This document shows, one piece after another, positions 43,858-57,480 of a stretch of 64,000 nt of DNA. The notes beneath the pieces are model-generated. The model saw nothing but the letters and a program-made list of their open reading frames with translations. It ran no database searches and was not told where the DNA came from. Each line of letters opens with the position of its first letter. Position 1 is the stretch's first letter. This stretch comes from the human T2T-CHM13v2.0 reference genome, Homo sapiens: the NCBI RefSeq assembly GCF_009914755.1, contig NC_060942.1; one strand, 5' to 3'. The translations under genes were made by a program, and so were the position numbers.

Positions 43858-44812
43858 TTACAATTTGGCATGATTTTGCAGTGGCTGGTACCGGTTGTTC
43901 CTCTCCATATTTAGTGCTTCCTTCAGGAGCTTTTTTAGGGCAGGCCTGGTGGTGACAAAATCTCTCAACATTTGCTTATCTGTAAAGTATTTTATTTCTC
44001 CTTCACTTATGAAGCTTAGTTTGGCTGGATATGAAATTCTGGGTTGAAAATTCTTTTCTTTAAGAATGTTGAATATTGGCCCCCACTCTCTTCTGGCTTG
44101 TAGAGTTTCTGCCGAGAGATCCGCTGTTAGTCTGATGGGCTTCCCTTGTGGGTAACCCGACCTTTCTCTCTGGCTGCCCTTAACGTTTTTTCCTTCATTT
44201 CAACTTTGGTGAATCAGACAATTATGTGTCTTGGAGTTGCTCTTCTCGAGGAGTATCTTTGTGGCATTCTCTGTATTTCCTGAATCTGAATGTTGGCCTG
44301 CCTTGCTAGATTGGGGAAGTTCTCCTGGATAATATCCTGGAGAGTGTTTTCTAACTTGGTTCCATTCTCCCCGTCACTTTCAGGTGCACCAATCAGACAT
44401 AGATTTGGTCTTTTCACATAGTCCCATATTTCTTGGAAGCCTTGTTTGTTTCTTTTTATTCTTTTGTCTCTAAACTTCCCTTCTCGCTTTATTTCATTCA
44501 TTTCATCTTCCATCACTGATACCCTTTCTTCCAGTTGATTGCATCGGCTCCTGAGGCTTCTGCATTCTTCAGGTAGTTCTCGAGCCTTGGCTTTCAGCTC
44601 CATCAGCTCCTTTAAGCACTTCTCTGTATTGGTTATTCTAGTTATACATTCGTCTAAATTTTTTTCAAAGTTTTTAACTTCTTTGCCTTTGGTTTGAATT
44701 TCCTCCTGTAGCTCGGAGTAGTTTGATCGTCTGAAGCCTTCTTCTCTCAACTCATCAAAGTCATTCTCCGTCCAGCTTTGTTCCGTTGCTGGTGAGGAAC
44801 TGCGTTCCTTTG
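43858..44812 (-). pseudogene. L1 ORF1p remnant (coiled coil, RRM, CTD), premature stop at 44214
   Basis: ERSSSPATEQSWTENDFDELREEGFRR...IWDYVKRPNL...ATPRHIIV; native TAA at 43858-43860. Confidence 0.95.
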
Positions 44813-45692
44813 CGAGAAGAAGCAGCAGGACCATAGCGCAGCTCTGTCCGCATCATCTGTCATTAATTCTTCGCTTTCAAATTTTATAGGACCCCGGAAA
44901 ATTGATTGAGGAAGATCTAAAAGAAAACAATGGTCAAATTTTGTTCTTTAGTTCACTTGCTCCAGGTCCTGAAAATTATTTAAAACCAACAGATCGTCAA
45001 AGGCTAAGAACACTTACTGGAGCTATTTTTTAATTCATTAAAGACTTCAAAAGCTAGAAATCACAATTCTGCAAGGTTAAGGAAAAAGAGAAATCTTAAT
45101 TTCCTCTGCCATTAGTTTTTTAATAAATCCAAAAATACCCCTGGTGTATCTTGAGAATGTAGCTCTTCTCCATTTTTACCTAGTAAAAGCCATGTAATCT
45201 CATACATGAAATGAATAGATAAACTAATAAACATGAAAATGGCCTCTGTAGGCAGACAAGGTAGAGATCATTATACTAGTGCAAGCAGTGTTTTTGAGGC
45301 TGGAGCAGGCAGGGTGGCTTTTCCCTCAGAAGTTACGTACGTCCAAAAGGTTTGCAATGGCCAACTCAAACGAAAGTAAAGTTATGGCCAACTATCTGGG
45401 AAGGCATTTCCAAATGGCTCAAAGATGCCAGAAGCAGGAGGCAGGCCCAGGTTTTGGTTAGGGGAGATGGGGACAGAAGGTTGAGTCAAAGACCAAGGTG
45501 GTTTTCATCCTATACAGTCACAAGCAGTGGGTCCAACACATTCACAGGTGCAACCTCTCCCCCAGATTCTCCCCTGAGTTCAGAGATACCCAATAGATCC
45601 TTGGAGCTGCTGGCGCATGTCATAAGCTCCAATACAAAATATCCTAGGATGACGACAATGTTGTATGTAGTAATCCTGTTATTATCTAGTGA

Positions 45693-46035
<343 letters not shown>

Positions 46036-46789
46036 TGGATTCTTCTTTGTGCTGCTTTTGCTGATCACTCGCCAGTCACATGCATAGAGACAATGCTATT
46101 TACCATCATGTTCAGGATGCAGCACAGGGTGTTGGAGAGTCCAGTGCATTTAGGAGCTTGTAGCTTCAGCTCTGCCCACTTGAAATTCATGGGGCTGATT
46201 ATCTTGGCCTGCAAGATATTCAGAAAGCAGCTACTGGCAATGCACATACCTCTGCCCACTCTGTGAACATAGAAAACAAGTTTTCATCCAGTGTCACTGA
46301 GGAAATATTTCAACTTCAAAGCAGCCATTGTCTGTAGGACTTGATTAGAGAGTACGACCAAGGAATTGGCTACAGTCATGTGTTTGAGAATCAAATCTGT
46401 GGATCTTAATGTGCACCTGGTGAAATAAAGGAAACTATAACGTTAAAGAAGAAAGACATTTCCTAGGAATTCAACTATAATCTGAGATAAGAAGATCATT
46501 CCTTTTGCCAAATACCCCAGGGCATTTGTCATTTTTTCAGTGACTTTTATTTCCATTTAGAGTGAGAGGATCCTGCATAGAAACATGAAGTCTGCTTTAA
46601 TGTGGAACCTGAAATTCACTTGTCCACTTATTGTTATTTCCACCTCCTTAATTTCTTATTAAAACCCATTTTTTCTTCCTCTGAATGTTTGCTATAAAAA
46701 TAAATACATATATGGGAATTATATTAGTTTCATAAGAACATATACATACCATATCAGAGTTTTATATATAACAATCCCATAAGTAACAA

Positions 46790-46930
46790 TAATTTCATAA
46801 AGTAAGCACTTTGTTATTCCCATTTTACAGGTGAGGAGAGCTTAGGTAAAGGAAGACTGAGTGACTTTTCTAATGTCCCCTCCTTGGAAGAGGCAGAGCC
46901 AGGAGTTGACAATGTATTTAACCATTGTGT
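46790..46930 (-). mobile_element. MIR
   Basis: ttattccccattttacaggtgaggag...gtgactttt...ggcagagccagga. Confidence 0.75.
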
Positions 46931-47283
46931 GTTTCAACCTCTGACAAAGTTGTATTTTTCCAAATGTCCACATTATTTTTCGGTTTTGCATATCCTGTAC
47001 ATTTTTAAATAATGGTTGTGCATTTAGAAAAAAACAAGGCACCAAGATGGGGATGTTGCATAGATTGGGGAATCGGTTCTCAAGGAAAGAGAGTCAAGAG
47101 GAATAGAGCAAGGCTCAGAGCTGGCACACAATTGAAGAAACTCAATCTCTAGACCCAAGGAAAGCCCTGTGATGTTGCTGTTCTGGAATGCCCAGACTGT
47201 GCTTACCAGGATGTAGTGGCTCCTTAGAGGCACAGTGCCAGGCAAGCCATGTGATCTTGATCTAACCAGTTGAGGATCTAGGG

Positions 47284-47440
47284 GAGCATTTCTTAAAGTA
47301 TGGTCCACAGTCTCCTACACCAGAATACCACAATGAGTGTTAAAAATGCCCATCTCCAGACCTGACTGCACACCTTGGAATGGATTTTGGGGCACCTTCC
47401 TGGGGGTGACTCTTAATGATACCAAAGTTTGAGAAGCTCT
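47284..47440 (+). mobile_element. MER5-family relic
   Basis: tttcttaaagtatggtccacag...ccaaagtttgagaagc. Confidence 0.65.
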
Positions 47441-49412
47441 CATTTAGGTCATCAGAAGAAATGAACACGTGAAATCAATGACCCAGACAAGGCCAGAAAT
47501 TTTACATGGGAAATCATGGGGCCAGATAGTAACAATAGTAATTGAGGAGAAATAAAGATAAATTTGAGCTAAGAGGTTAAAGCAGGTCTTGAAAGATGTG
47601 AGGAATTTTACTCAGTGAAGAGGTGGGAACATTCTTGGTGGGAGAAAGGGCCTCAAATGAAAACCCTTGGAGGAAGTCAGCCTGGCATCATGGAAAAGGC
47701 CTTGAGCTAAAATTAGGTTTAATGAGGATTGGGTTTAGAGGAGAGTGTTAGCATCTGGTGTGGGCAGAATAAATGTGATGGTAATGTTTAAAAGTGATTC
47801 AGGATTTAAGGACTTATTCAGATCAATTCACTTTCAGTGCTACAGGATTGCAAGCCCAGAATTCAGTGAATTCGGGACCTTGGTATTATTACTCTTGCTA
47901 AGTCATATTTTCACCTTATCGAATAATGATTCTCTTCAGTGCAACAGATACACATCTAACATTAGTGCTATATGAAATAAGGGGGAAACATAGAAAAGTT
48001 ATTGAACTGTACAGTTCCTGTGCCTTGAATTTCATGTTCTTATGAGCCCCTGTAACTTTTTAATTTAAATGCTAATGCAAATAGCCCATAAAAGAGACAA
48101 GAAGAGAAAGTGCACATGCCTCTCAGAAATCATGTAGACAGGTAGACCAGGTGTCTGATGCGCAATCAAGATATGAAGGGCTGATGGTGGGTGGCTGCCA
48201 TTAGAGGTGTCAGGGATAACGATGGCAGGTCCGATGACATTCCTAGTAACAGCTGCATATGGCTAACTATGAGGAGTGGCCCTTGCAGTGCCCTTCCTTT
48301 AGAAGTCCCTTATTCAAATGTGAGAACAGCAGAGATTCCCAGACTCCAAGGGCTGAAAGTCCCTTTTGTTTAATCCCTGTCCCAATCCCAGCCTTGCTGC
48401 TGCTGCCCCAGCCCTGCCTCAGGCTCTTGAGGGATGGTGTCTTTTCAGCACAAAACGCCACATCTGCTGCACTTTCTTGAAGCTCACTTCCACGGAGCAT
48501 AGGGAATCAGGTGATCTTGGCACTTGAGCCTTCACTGAATTTGCTTTGAAAAGTTACCAAGTGGTTCTGGCATGAGAAGCATTCTTGATTAATTCCCCAG
48601 GTTGGTGGTCTCTTGTATTTGCCAAGAACCAGAGAGAGAGACCAACAGAATGGTAAATGTTTTTTGTTGTTGTTGTTATTTGTTTGGTTTGTTTTGTTTT
48701 AGTGATCCTTGTAGTATGTCTTTCTTTAGCACTTACCGGCCCAATGGCCCCTGCACTCCTTATCCTGCCTTTATGCAAACTTCTAACTGTCCAAAGCCTC
48801 AATAGTGACCCCATGAGACCCTATCATTTCTAGTAGAGCCATGCGTTTCAGACCTTTCTGAAGTATCTTCTTCTCATCATGTTTTAATAATGTTTTCCTA
48901 ACACAGAATGTTTTCCTTTAAAGAAAACTGGAAAACAGAGAAAAATGAGAAAATATTTGCCAACATGTAGATAAAATATTTATTGCTTTAATCTTAATTT
49001 TTTTAAGCTTAAAAGGAAGGGATTAACAAAAAGAAAAGTGAGTGAATGCGTGAATAAATGAATGGACACAAATGACAAATAAATGTTTGATTTCATCTGC
49101 TTAAGGCCTGCTAAGTGATTGATTGGCAAATCTTAGAGAACAATTCACATCCAGATGTTTATAGCTAAAAATATCCTAATATATTTTCTCTGAGAGATAC
49201 AAAAAGAATTCTGAGACTTGTGATAATATTTGCATGTCAGTGGAGCTCTTAGTCCCCTTAACATCACATCAGGATTGTCCACTCTGTTTTATTGGCTTAA
49301 ATGTCCAGAACATGGCCCAGAGAAGAGCCTGTGACATTTATCTTCTGTATTCAATCCCACTTCATCTGCAAGATCATAGTTGGGAAGACTGTAGGTTGCC
49401 CCAGAGTAAGGA

Positions 49413-49523
49413 AGGATATACAAACTACAATGAATGTGCCTAGTAATATTTCTCACATTCATTCCAGGATATACAAACTACAATGAATGTGCCTAGTAAT
49501 ATTTCTCACATTCATTCCAGGAT
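49413..49523. repeat. perfect 53-bp tandem duplication
   Basis: aggatatacaaactacaatgaatgtgcctagtaatatttctcacattcattcc x2 plus aggat. Confidence 0.98.
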
Positions 49524-51794
49524 GACACAAAAAGGTTCATTACCAGATGTGCAATGCAAAGACAAGTGCTTTGTGAAGGTGGAAGAGAATAGCTAGGAGT
49601 CATGTAGAAGAAAGGAAGCGGCAATGGGGTGGGTTAAGAATTAGAGCAACATAGATATCCTATAAAATGGAATATGTGAAGAAGGTATAAGTGAACCCAA
49701 AGAAGGGTGCAAAGATACAAGAATGAGGAAGGTTGGTCAACAGCCACTTTTCTGGACTAGTCTGTCTTCCAGTGCTTCTCTTTGCCACTGTTTGGAGGGC
49801 TTGTGCAGGTGGTGGCAGGACCTTCAATTTGCAGACCTGTGTTAGGTAGGACAGAATTGGATTAGCCACTTAGTGACATTAATTTATTGAACAAAGTGAG
49901 TCAGAAAATTGAAAGTTCATCTTAATCCTTTAACCTCCTTTCCTGGGACACCTGGATTCATTCACCTATTTCATTAAAGCATAAGTGTATGGTACTTACA
50001 TGTGTCATGCTCTGTATTAAAGCCTATGGGAAAAGCAAGGATAAATGTTGCTCTTCTGCCTGTAGGTGGCTAACAATCCTCATTGAAAAAGGCAGAAATG
50101 CCCAAGAAACCTATGCAGGGCACTATCGGCTGTATACACAAGTGCAGAAAAACAATGATAGAGAAGCCCTGCAGAGGTAGAGATATCTTCAAACTGGGGG
50201 ATCTGCAAAGTCGTCAGAGTGGTGGGGTTGAAGCCTTGACTCTGGCAGATGGGAAGGAATTCTGACTGGGTCTGACCATTGGACCATGAAATGTCTGAAA
50301 CACCTGCTTCCTATCCTCGGGAGGTGACTAACTCAGCTCAAGGCCTCTTGACTACACAGGCTTTCAAACCTCCAGCAGATGAACACAGAAGATGAAGTGG
50401 CTGAGATGAAGCCTGCTTTTCTCCTGTCAGAAAAAAAAAAAAAGTTTCCATTCTGTCAGTAGGCAGAGAGGGAATGAGAGAGCAAATTCTAGTCAAAAAA
50501 TGACAATTGGTTTCTGTTTACACATATGTGCTGAGGGTTGTTTTCAAATCAAACTTCTGTAATCTATCCTCAGCTGTTGTGGTTTATGGCATTGATGAGT
50601 AAGAGCTTCTTTTGGAAGGAAAAGAAATATAATGCACAGGAGGGATCTTGAAATGTATTTTGGGACAGAACCACATTTCCTGAACATGTTTAAAGTGTGA
50701 CCTTTTCTAATCTTTAAAAGTAAGATAACTTTTTGAAGATTAATATGTTATGAGTATAAAATAACCCTCTGGTAATGCTGTGTGTGAATGGCAGGAATAT
50801 TTTTTTCCAAGACCCTTTCGCTTCCGTTCCGATAATGTCTCTAGGACCAAGAATGGTTTCTTGTTCATCCTTTCTACCAAAAGTCCAGGATATGGCTCAG
50901 AGGGTGGTGCAAGTTCAGTAGATTCTTGTTCTGGGCTCCTTTGTGGATGTTGATGAACTTCTATGTGTATGAAAATTGGTTTGCTTATTTTATCAGTCTT
51001 CTAATTGGATTTGCATTGCATTGGATCTCACTCAACAAATTTGCTTTAAAACTGAATATTATATTAAAACCTACCATGTATTAGGCACTCACTGTGTATC
51101 AGGTAGTATGCTAAGTATTGTACTGCTTAATTTCCACAATCACCGTTCGTGCTGGGAGCTATTAGTACCAGTTTCCAGATGATGCATTTGTCTGTTCCCC
51201 AGAGCAGGGATCAGAACCAGCACCTTTCTAACTCTAAAGTTCAAGCTCACAACCAGTAAGCCATATTGCCTCACGTACTCCTTCTCAACCATATCCCTTC
51301 TTCCCTAAGGGACAAAGTTCGTAGGGGAAGCACAAGTGCTAGAGAGGAAAAGCCATGGGTATTTTAGATATATTTAGTGCTTTTATCAAATAAGTAGGGC
51401 ATGGTTTTTCTCCCAATATTTCCTGAGTTAAATTATAGATGTTTTGAGCCACATAGAGCGATGTTAGTGGTAGAGCTAAATCAGGCTTTGGCTTCTAATC
51501 CAGCCCTCCAACTAGGCAACAGGATCTGCCTAGATCCTAATTAAGAAAGTGCCACATTTTTTCTAAATTGTGCAAAGCCCTTATTGAGTTACCTCTGCCA
51601 GTTCACAATGGGAGAACTGATGGTTGGGGAAATTGGAAGTCCTGATACAGATTATCTGCATGGGGTTCAGACGATGCCAGTCAGTGGGTAACTTCCTTCT
51701 ACGTATCAAACCCAAGATTATTGCCAAAGTATCTTATTTATGTTATATTTCTTTCTATTTTTTTCCATTCATTTTTTATTATCTCTCCTGATTT

Positions 51795-51962
51795 CCTTTT
51801 CTTTTTTATTTTCTTTTTATTTGTTTAATTTCATGGGGGTACAAGTATAATTTTGTTACATGCATAGATGGCATACTGGTCAAATCAGGGCTTTAGGGTA
51901 TACATTGCCTGAATAATGTACATTGTACCCATTAAGTAATTTCTAATCATCCATTTTTTTCC
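51795..51962 (-). mobile_element. L1MA-type 3' end (L1MA2-like)
   Basis: T-rich tail then gggggtacaagtataattttgttacatgcatagat...cattgtacccattaagtaatttct. Confidence 0.85.
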
Positions 51963-52609
51963 TACCATTTGATGGATAGTGCTGATAAGTTTAGATATTT
52001 CCTGTATTAGAAAGTTAATAGGCTCCACTAGCTTAGGCATAACATTTATAAGCTATGTTACAAAATAATACACTGGCAAAACTCATGTAGTTCTGATGTT
52101 ACTTGTCAATTTTCTCCTAAGGAGGTATTAATGAAACACATAGTTGGGTGTGGCTAAACTGGTGTCCCTCTTCTCTTTCTGCTTCTGTCATCCTCAGATA
52201 GATCCCTGAGTGTCACGGGGCTCTAAGTCTCATGATGATCCATGTCTCCTTGCGTTAGACTGGTTCCCTACCTAAACCAGAGCCGTTGCTCAAATTGCAG
52301 AGTTTCAGTTGGTGTCTGAGGTGATTTCAAGGTTGGTGCTACCATGCAAAGATGGCTGGCTACAAGTATGCCATGTGCTATCAGCAGGTTCTATGTCCCA
52401 CTACACATGCATTTATACACTGGGAACGTTATGACTATACTGCACAGCCAGTAGAAAATTGGCAACCTCCATTGCCAATATCTGTAAAAATGCTTGCTTG
52501 TGACTACAGTCAGCAGGGTTTCGTAGGCCTTCCTGAAGTTGAATAAGAAAAGAAAAGTAAAACATTTTGGGACTTGGAGGATTCTTCCCACCCTCATTCA
52601 TTGGGATCC

Positions 52610-52805
52610 CAGGAAAAAAAGCAAAGTGTTTGGAGGCAAACTGAGTTTAAATTCCAGCTCCACTCATAGAAATTATGTGACTTTGGCTTGTGGTGTATTA
52701 AGTTCTCATACATAATAGGAAGACAATACCTACCTCCCATGGTTGTTGAAAGAATTTAATGAGTGTTTATTGCCTATGCACATACATTACAGTCAATAAA
52801 TATAA
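52610..52805 (+). mobile_element. MIR
   Basis: ctgagtttaaattccagctccact...tgtgactttggc...atacctacctcccatggttgttgaaagaattt. Confidence 0.75.
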
Positions 52806-53747
52806 TATTCTCTGTCATCTTTGTGGTTTTCTAATTCCTGATATCAAGTGTTACCCTAAACATTAGGCTCAAGATCTCACTGTTGTTATCTCAGTGAGGT
52901 TCTTCAACTCACACAGAAGCACATAGCAATTTCTATTTCTAAGGCTCACCTTAGAGATCATCTAGGATTAGATTTGAGTTTATGACTAAAATGTTGTAGT
53001 TTTGAAACAGCTTTCAACAAGCAGCCTGTACCAGCCTGATCAAAGCACTTGTGCCTTATGATGGTGGTGAAAAGCTGTGTCCTCCACCCTATCATCTCCA
53101 CAGCAATGAGAACATAATGAAGGTGGCTGATTGTGCATGAATCATTCCTTACTAAAGTCAGCTGTAGTGCCAGAATTTTTTTTTTTTTTTTGGCATCGCT
53201 TACTCCAACTTGACAGCTTGAGCTAAAGCTCTACCCCATTTGACATCTTTGAGAATCTTCCTTTTCCCTTTGTAAACTTAAACATACGTGGTCGTGGTGT
53301 AAGGACCCAGTGGGCACAAGAGTTATATCTAGAAAACTGTGTGATGACCAGTTTTATCTACACTGAAAAAGAGTCTATGTTTTCCCAGAAATAAACCCCC
53401 AAAGAAAGTGGACAGATTTGCAAACAAATCAATAATCACCCCAGCAACCACCGACAAAAACCTACAAGGCAAATATCTGTTTAATAGGCCTGATATTGCC
53501 TAACATACACTGATAGTTCTGAGAAGAGAATTCTGTTTGATCTGCTTTAGTTAGTCTTTGTAGAGGATACCTTGTTGCCAGCATGTAAATAGGTGAGGAT
53601 TTACAAACAGCTTGGTCATTGTGCAATTTTATATTACTTTTTCAAATGGCATGTGGAATGTGGCATTATTTCTTTGTTATCAGAGAAATTGAATTTGAAG
53701 ATTAGTAACTATCTGTGATTATAATAACAAAAAATCCATTTTGGTTA

Positions 53748-54190
53748 AAAATAATAATAACGATTCATTGAATACTTACAAGGTTTCAAGCACTATTCTT
53801 AATTCTTGGTATACTTTATCTCCCAAATCCTGACAATAGTTCTATGACGTAGGTGCTGTTTTTAATTTGCATTTTTATAGAGACAAAAACTGAGGTTTAA
53901 AAGTTATATAACATGTTCAAGATCATAGAACAACTTAATGGTGAAGTAAGTACTGTAATCCAGATCCAATCTCCAAGTCTACATTCTTAGCCCTTTCACT
54001 AAGTACTTACTACTGGAAGGGAAATTAGAGATGAACTAATATCACCTGCTCATTGTCATGAAGATAAAACTGAAGTCCAAAGAGCTGAAGTGATTTGTCC
54101 AAAGTCACATAGCTACCTAGTGCCAAATCCAGAATTAGAACTGAGATCTGCTAATGTTCGTTAAGATCAATATATCCCTTTCCCCTGCAC
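53748..54190 (-). mobile_element. two adjacent MIR copies
   Basis: cores ttttatagagacaaaaactgaggttt (~53875) and gataaaactgaagtccaaagagctgaagtgatttgtccaaagtcacatagct (~54065). Confidence 0.8.
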
Positions 54191-54673
54191 TACATCCAGG
54201 GTTATTTCTCTCTGTTAACTCTATGATCACTTTTTGAGAATTTTTTTTAAAATCTTTTAAGAAGGAAGGAAGAGAAGGAAAAAGGAGGATATGGAAGGAA
54301 GGAAAGAGAAAAAAGAAAGTTGAAATTCAGATTTGGATCAGTTATACCCAATAAGATGTCAGGTTTGCACGGTGGAGGGTCTGAGTCTGAGCCTCATGAC
54401 AAAGCAGAGGGTGTGCGACTGCAGATATTGAAGACAAATATACTCCCAATCTAAAGGATCATCTGTTTTTAGGATGATTCCTCTTGTAAGGAAAGATGTT
54501 GGCACTTGTCAGCCAGTACCTATAAGGCCCCCTGAAGGTGATTTTCTTACTCCCATCATGATAAATTCACTCTGTTTCAATCAGGGTGTGCAGGGTCCAA
54601 GGCCAAGTTCTTTTCCTCTTTTCAAAGTTCAGTGCCTTCTTCCTCATAGAAATCAGAGAATGAGGTAAACTAA

Positions 54674-54781
54674 CTTTCTTTTCTTCCTTTCTTCCTTTCT
54701 TCCTTCCTTCCTTCCTTTCTTCCTTCCTTTCTTTCTTCCTTCCTTCCTTCCTTCCTTCCTTCCTTCCTTCCTTCCTTCCTT
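54674..54781. repeat. (TTTC/TTCC)n polypyrimidine microsatellite, 11 perfect TTCC at the 3' end
   Basis: read directly. Confidence 0.97.
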
Positions 54782-56024
54782 GGCACATCTTTTGAAACAC
54801 TCAAAGTATTATCTCACGCAGCTGATCTGGAGCCAAAAGGCAAGCACTCCACCAAAGTAGCTCTTGTTCAACAAAGTCACGTCTCTAGGACCAAATTGTC
54901 TTGGCTTCGTGGCTCATGTGTTTATTCCCCTTGGCCTGGCATTTTGAATGCTACTGTCCTTATCAATCTCTTTAAAAAATCTTCTTGCATTTCTGTTTTA
55001 TCTTCTCTCTCTGCAGCCCCTTCTTTCTCCCTTAGTTCTACTTCCACTAAAATTGCCTCTCTACATGCATATTGATCAGCTTTCTGATTTCTTTCCCTGA
55101 GAATATTCATTGCTGTCCTGCTTAATGACAGGTTGGTGAGCAGAATTATGTTTAATTCAAGCCATTTTCACCAACCTGTTCTTTGACTCTTTTACATGAA
55201 GCCTTCAGAGAGTGTGTCTACTCCGTTAGTACAAGAAAAGTAGAAAGAAATGTCTGCCCTTGTGTCATAATAAGGTTAAGTAAAAATGTAACAAATGTGT
55301 TTGTCCTAATTAAGAGGATACAACATCATAGAAAAAAAGGTCTTAGGCAGACCTACAAGGAGATACATTTGACTTGGAGAAGATTTGTGTTTTAATATGT
55401 ACCATCGAAACCCAACAACAATAACTTGTACACCTGCTTTTAGAGTTTAATGGATAATTTAATCAAATGTGGTTTTAATTGTACCATTTACTGATATAAA
55501 TTATTATTGTCATCATTAGCCGTATTGTTACCAAACTATTTCAGGATCTAAACTTGGTACTAGGCATTTTGTGTGAGACAGAGCAAGCCATGGAAATTTA
55601 TTATAATTTTTAAAATCTTTATTTCACTGAAATAAATCACCAGACAAACTAACAGGAGGCCCTTGCTCTTCAATCAGCAGGTATGTTATTAATCCAACTG
55701 TATTTTCTCTAACCCCTGGAAACACTGGTGAAATGCAAAGCATATAATTAACACTGTGGCTAGTAAAGCTATTAATATATATATAATAGAAGTAATAGAC
55801 TGCCTTTAAAATACCCAGCGGCTGAACTTCTCATGTTGCAGAACAGAAAAATATGCACGTGGATGAATACTTTTATCCAATCATTTCCTGCCATCCCCAA
55901 CTCCTACCCTCTCTTTCGCACTTTACTTCTGCTATCTAAACATCCCCTTGCCTTTCTAAGATCTACGTACAGTTACACAACACAAAAGTGACTAATTTTT
56001 ACTGATGTCCATAACTGTCTTTGA

Positions 56025-56250
56025 GGCCCATTTATTGAGTGTCTGTTAAGTACTAGGTACTGCGCTAAGCATTTTAAGCACAGTATCTCATTTAGTCTAC
56101 TCATCAACCTATATATTAGGTGTTACTATCACTAATTTACAATAAGGAAACTGAGGCTCAGGCAAGTTGTATAAATTGCATCGAAGTACACAGCTGGTAG
56201 GTGACAAAGCTGAGATTCACACTGAGGCATGTGTGAGTGTCTTTCTGCTA
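56025..56250 (-). mobile_element. MIR, near full length
   Basis: catttattgagtgtc...aggtactgcgctaagcatttt...taaggaaactgaggctcag...cacagctggtaggtgacaaagctgagattc. Confidence 0.88.
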
Positions 56251-56659
56251 ATAGACATTACCCTTGAATTTTCTGAAAAAAACAAAAACATCTGCTGCTT
56301 TTTAGGATGCTAAAGCACTCTTTACGTTTGATGTTAGAGTGATAAGAGCATATTAATGACTTTTCACCATCTAACTTTTTTTTGACTTAATTTATTTGGC
56401 TGTGTGAACGTTTTCTATGTAATCAGATGAATTTGTCATGGGCCCCTTTGATTTTATTTGTTTCTGTATCTGAAAAACAAATAGCAACAAGGCTTCTCTC
56501 ACCTGTTTCAATCAACTAAGCCTAATCTAAAGCAGAAAATGGCCATGTTCTTAAATCTCTCCTTTGAGAATATTGTCATTCCATCAGAATAACACTCATC
56601 CAAACAAAGCTCCATTATAACAAATCTTAATTTCTATCCAACTCAAAGAAACATTCCTT

Positions 56660-57480
56660 TATTACCAGTAACAGTCATAGATATGCTGGGAATTCTAAAG
56701 TAATTAAAACCTGGCTCCTCCTTTTAAGAAGCTTATAGAGAAGGAAAAGCAGATTTTGCTCTAACAAGTCAAGAGGTGGGTAAGGTATTGGGGCTACAGA
56801 GAAATAATGGCTTTTGAGCTGGTCATGGGAGGATCAACAGGATTTGAGAGGTGGATAAGGTATAAGAATATTTAAAGTAGGAGAAAGATACAAGCTGTAC
56901 AGAGCATAAAGCAGATTTTAGCAGAGAATAAAGTATATGCAAAATATTTGTGGAAGAGAAGTTGTACTGAAAAGGTGAGCTAGGATCAAACTGAGCCTGA
57001 AGAGCTTTTAGAGCTCCCAAGAGACACCCAATCTACATTCTCTTGGTAGCAGAGAGCCTAGGGAGGGTTTTAGACGTGAAAGTAATAAGAATACATCTCT
57101 TAGAAACATAACTCTGACAGTCAAGTGAAAGGCAAATGAAAATGAAGGGAAACTGAAGATGGCAGCTTATCAGGAGGGTGCTGCAATGGTTCAGGTAAAT
57201 GAGGATGTATTTCTGGACCAAGGCAACGGTGGTGAGGGAGAAAAACAAGATGTGAATGCAACATACTTTTACAGTACAAGAAAAAATGCATTGGTTAATT
57301 GGATGTGAGGTGTAGGGATAAGGAAGAGTCAAGTGTGACTCGGAGGTTCTTGCCTAAGGCAGCCAAGTAGCAGATGATTCTGTTTGCTAGGGAAGGGAAA
57401 GCTTGGGACAGTGATGAGCCTGGTAGATGATGAATGTGCTGGGGTGCTTTGGGTTTGTGGTAGGAATCTATGGAGGATGA
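56660..57480 (-). mobile_element. L2 relic
   Basis: cttagaaacataactctgacag...caggagggtgctgcaatggttcaggt...ggaagagtcaag tgtgactcggaggttct. Confidence 0.75.

Noticed and set aside
44865-45033. Acceptor-like ttttatag followed by a short open frame (DPGKLIEEDLKENN...)
   Set aside because: No good donor and no recognisable protein similarity.
49413-49523. Hairpin-containing direct repeat as a CRISPR-like array
   Set aside because: Only two abutting copies, no spacers, no cas genes, and the DNA is primate.
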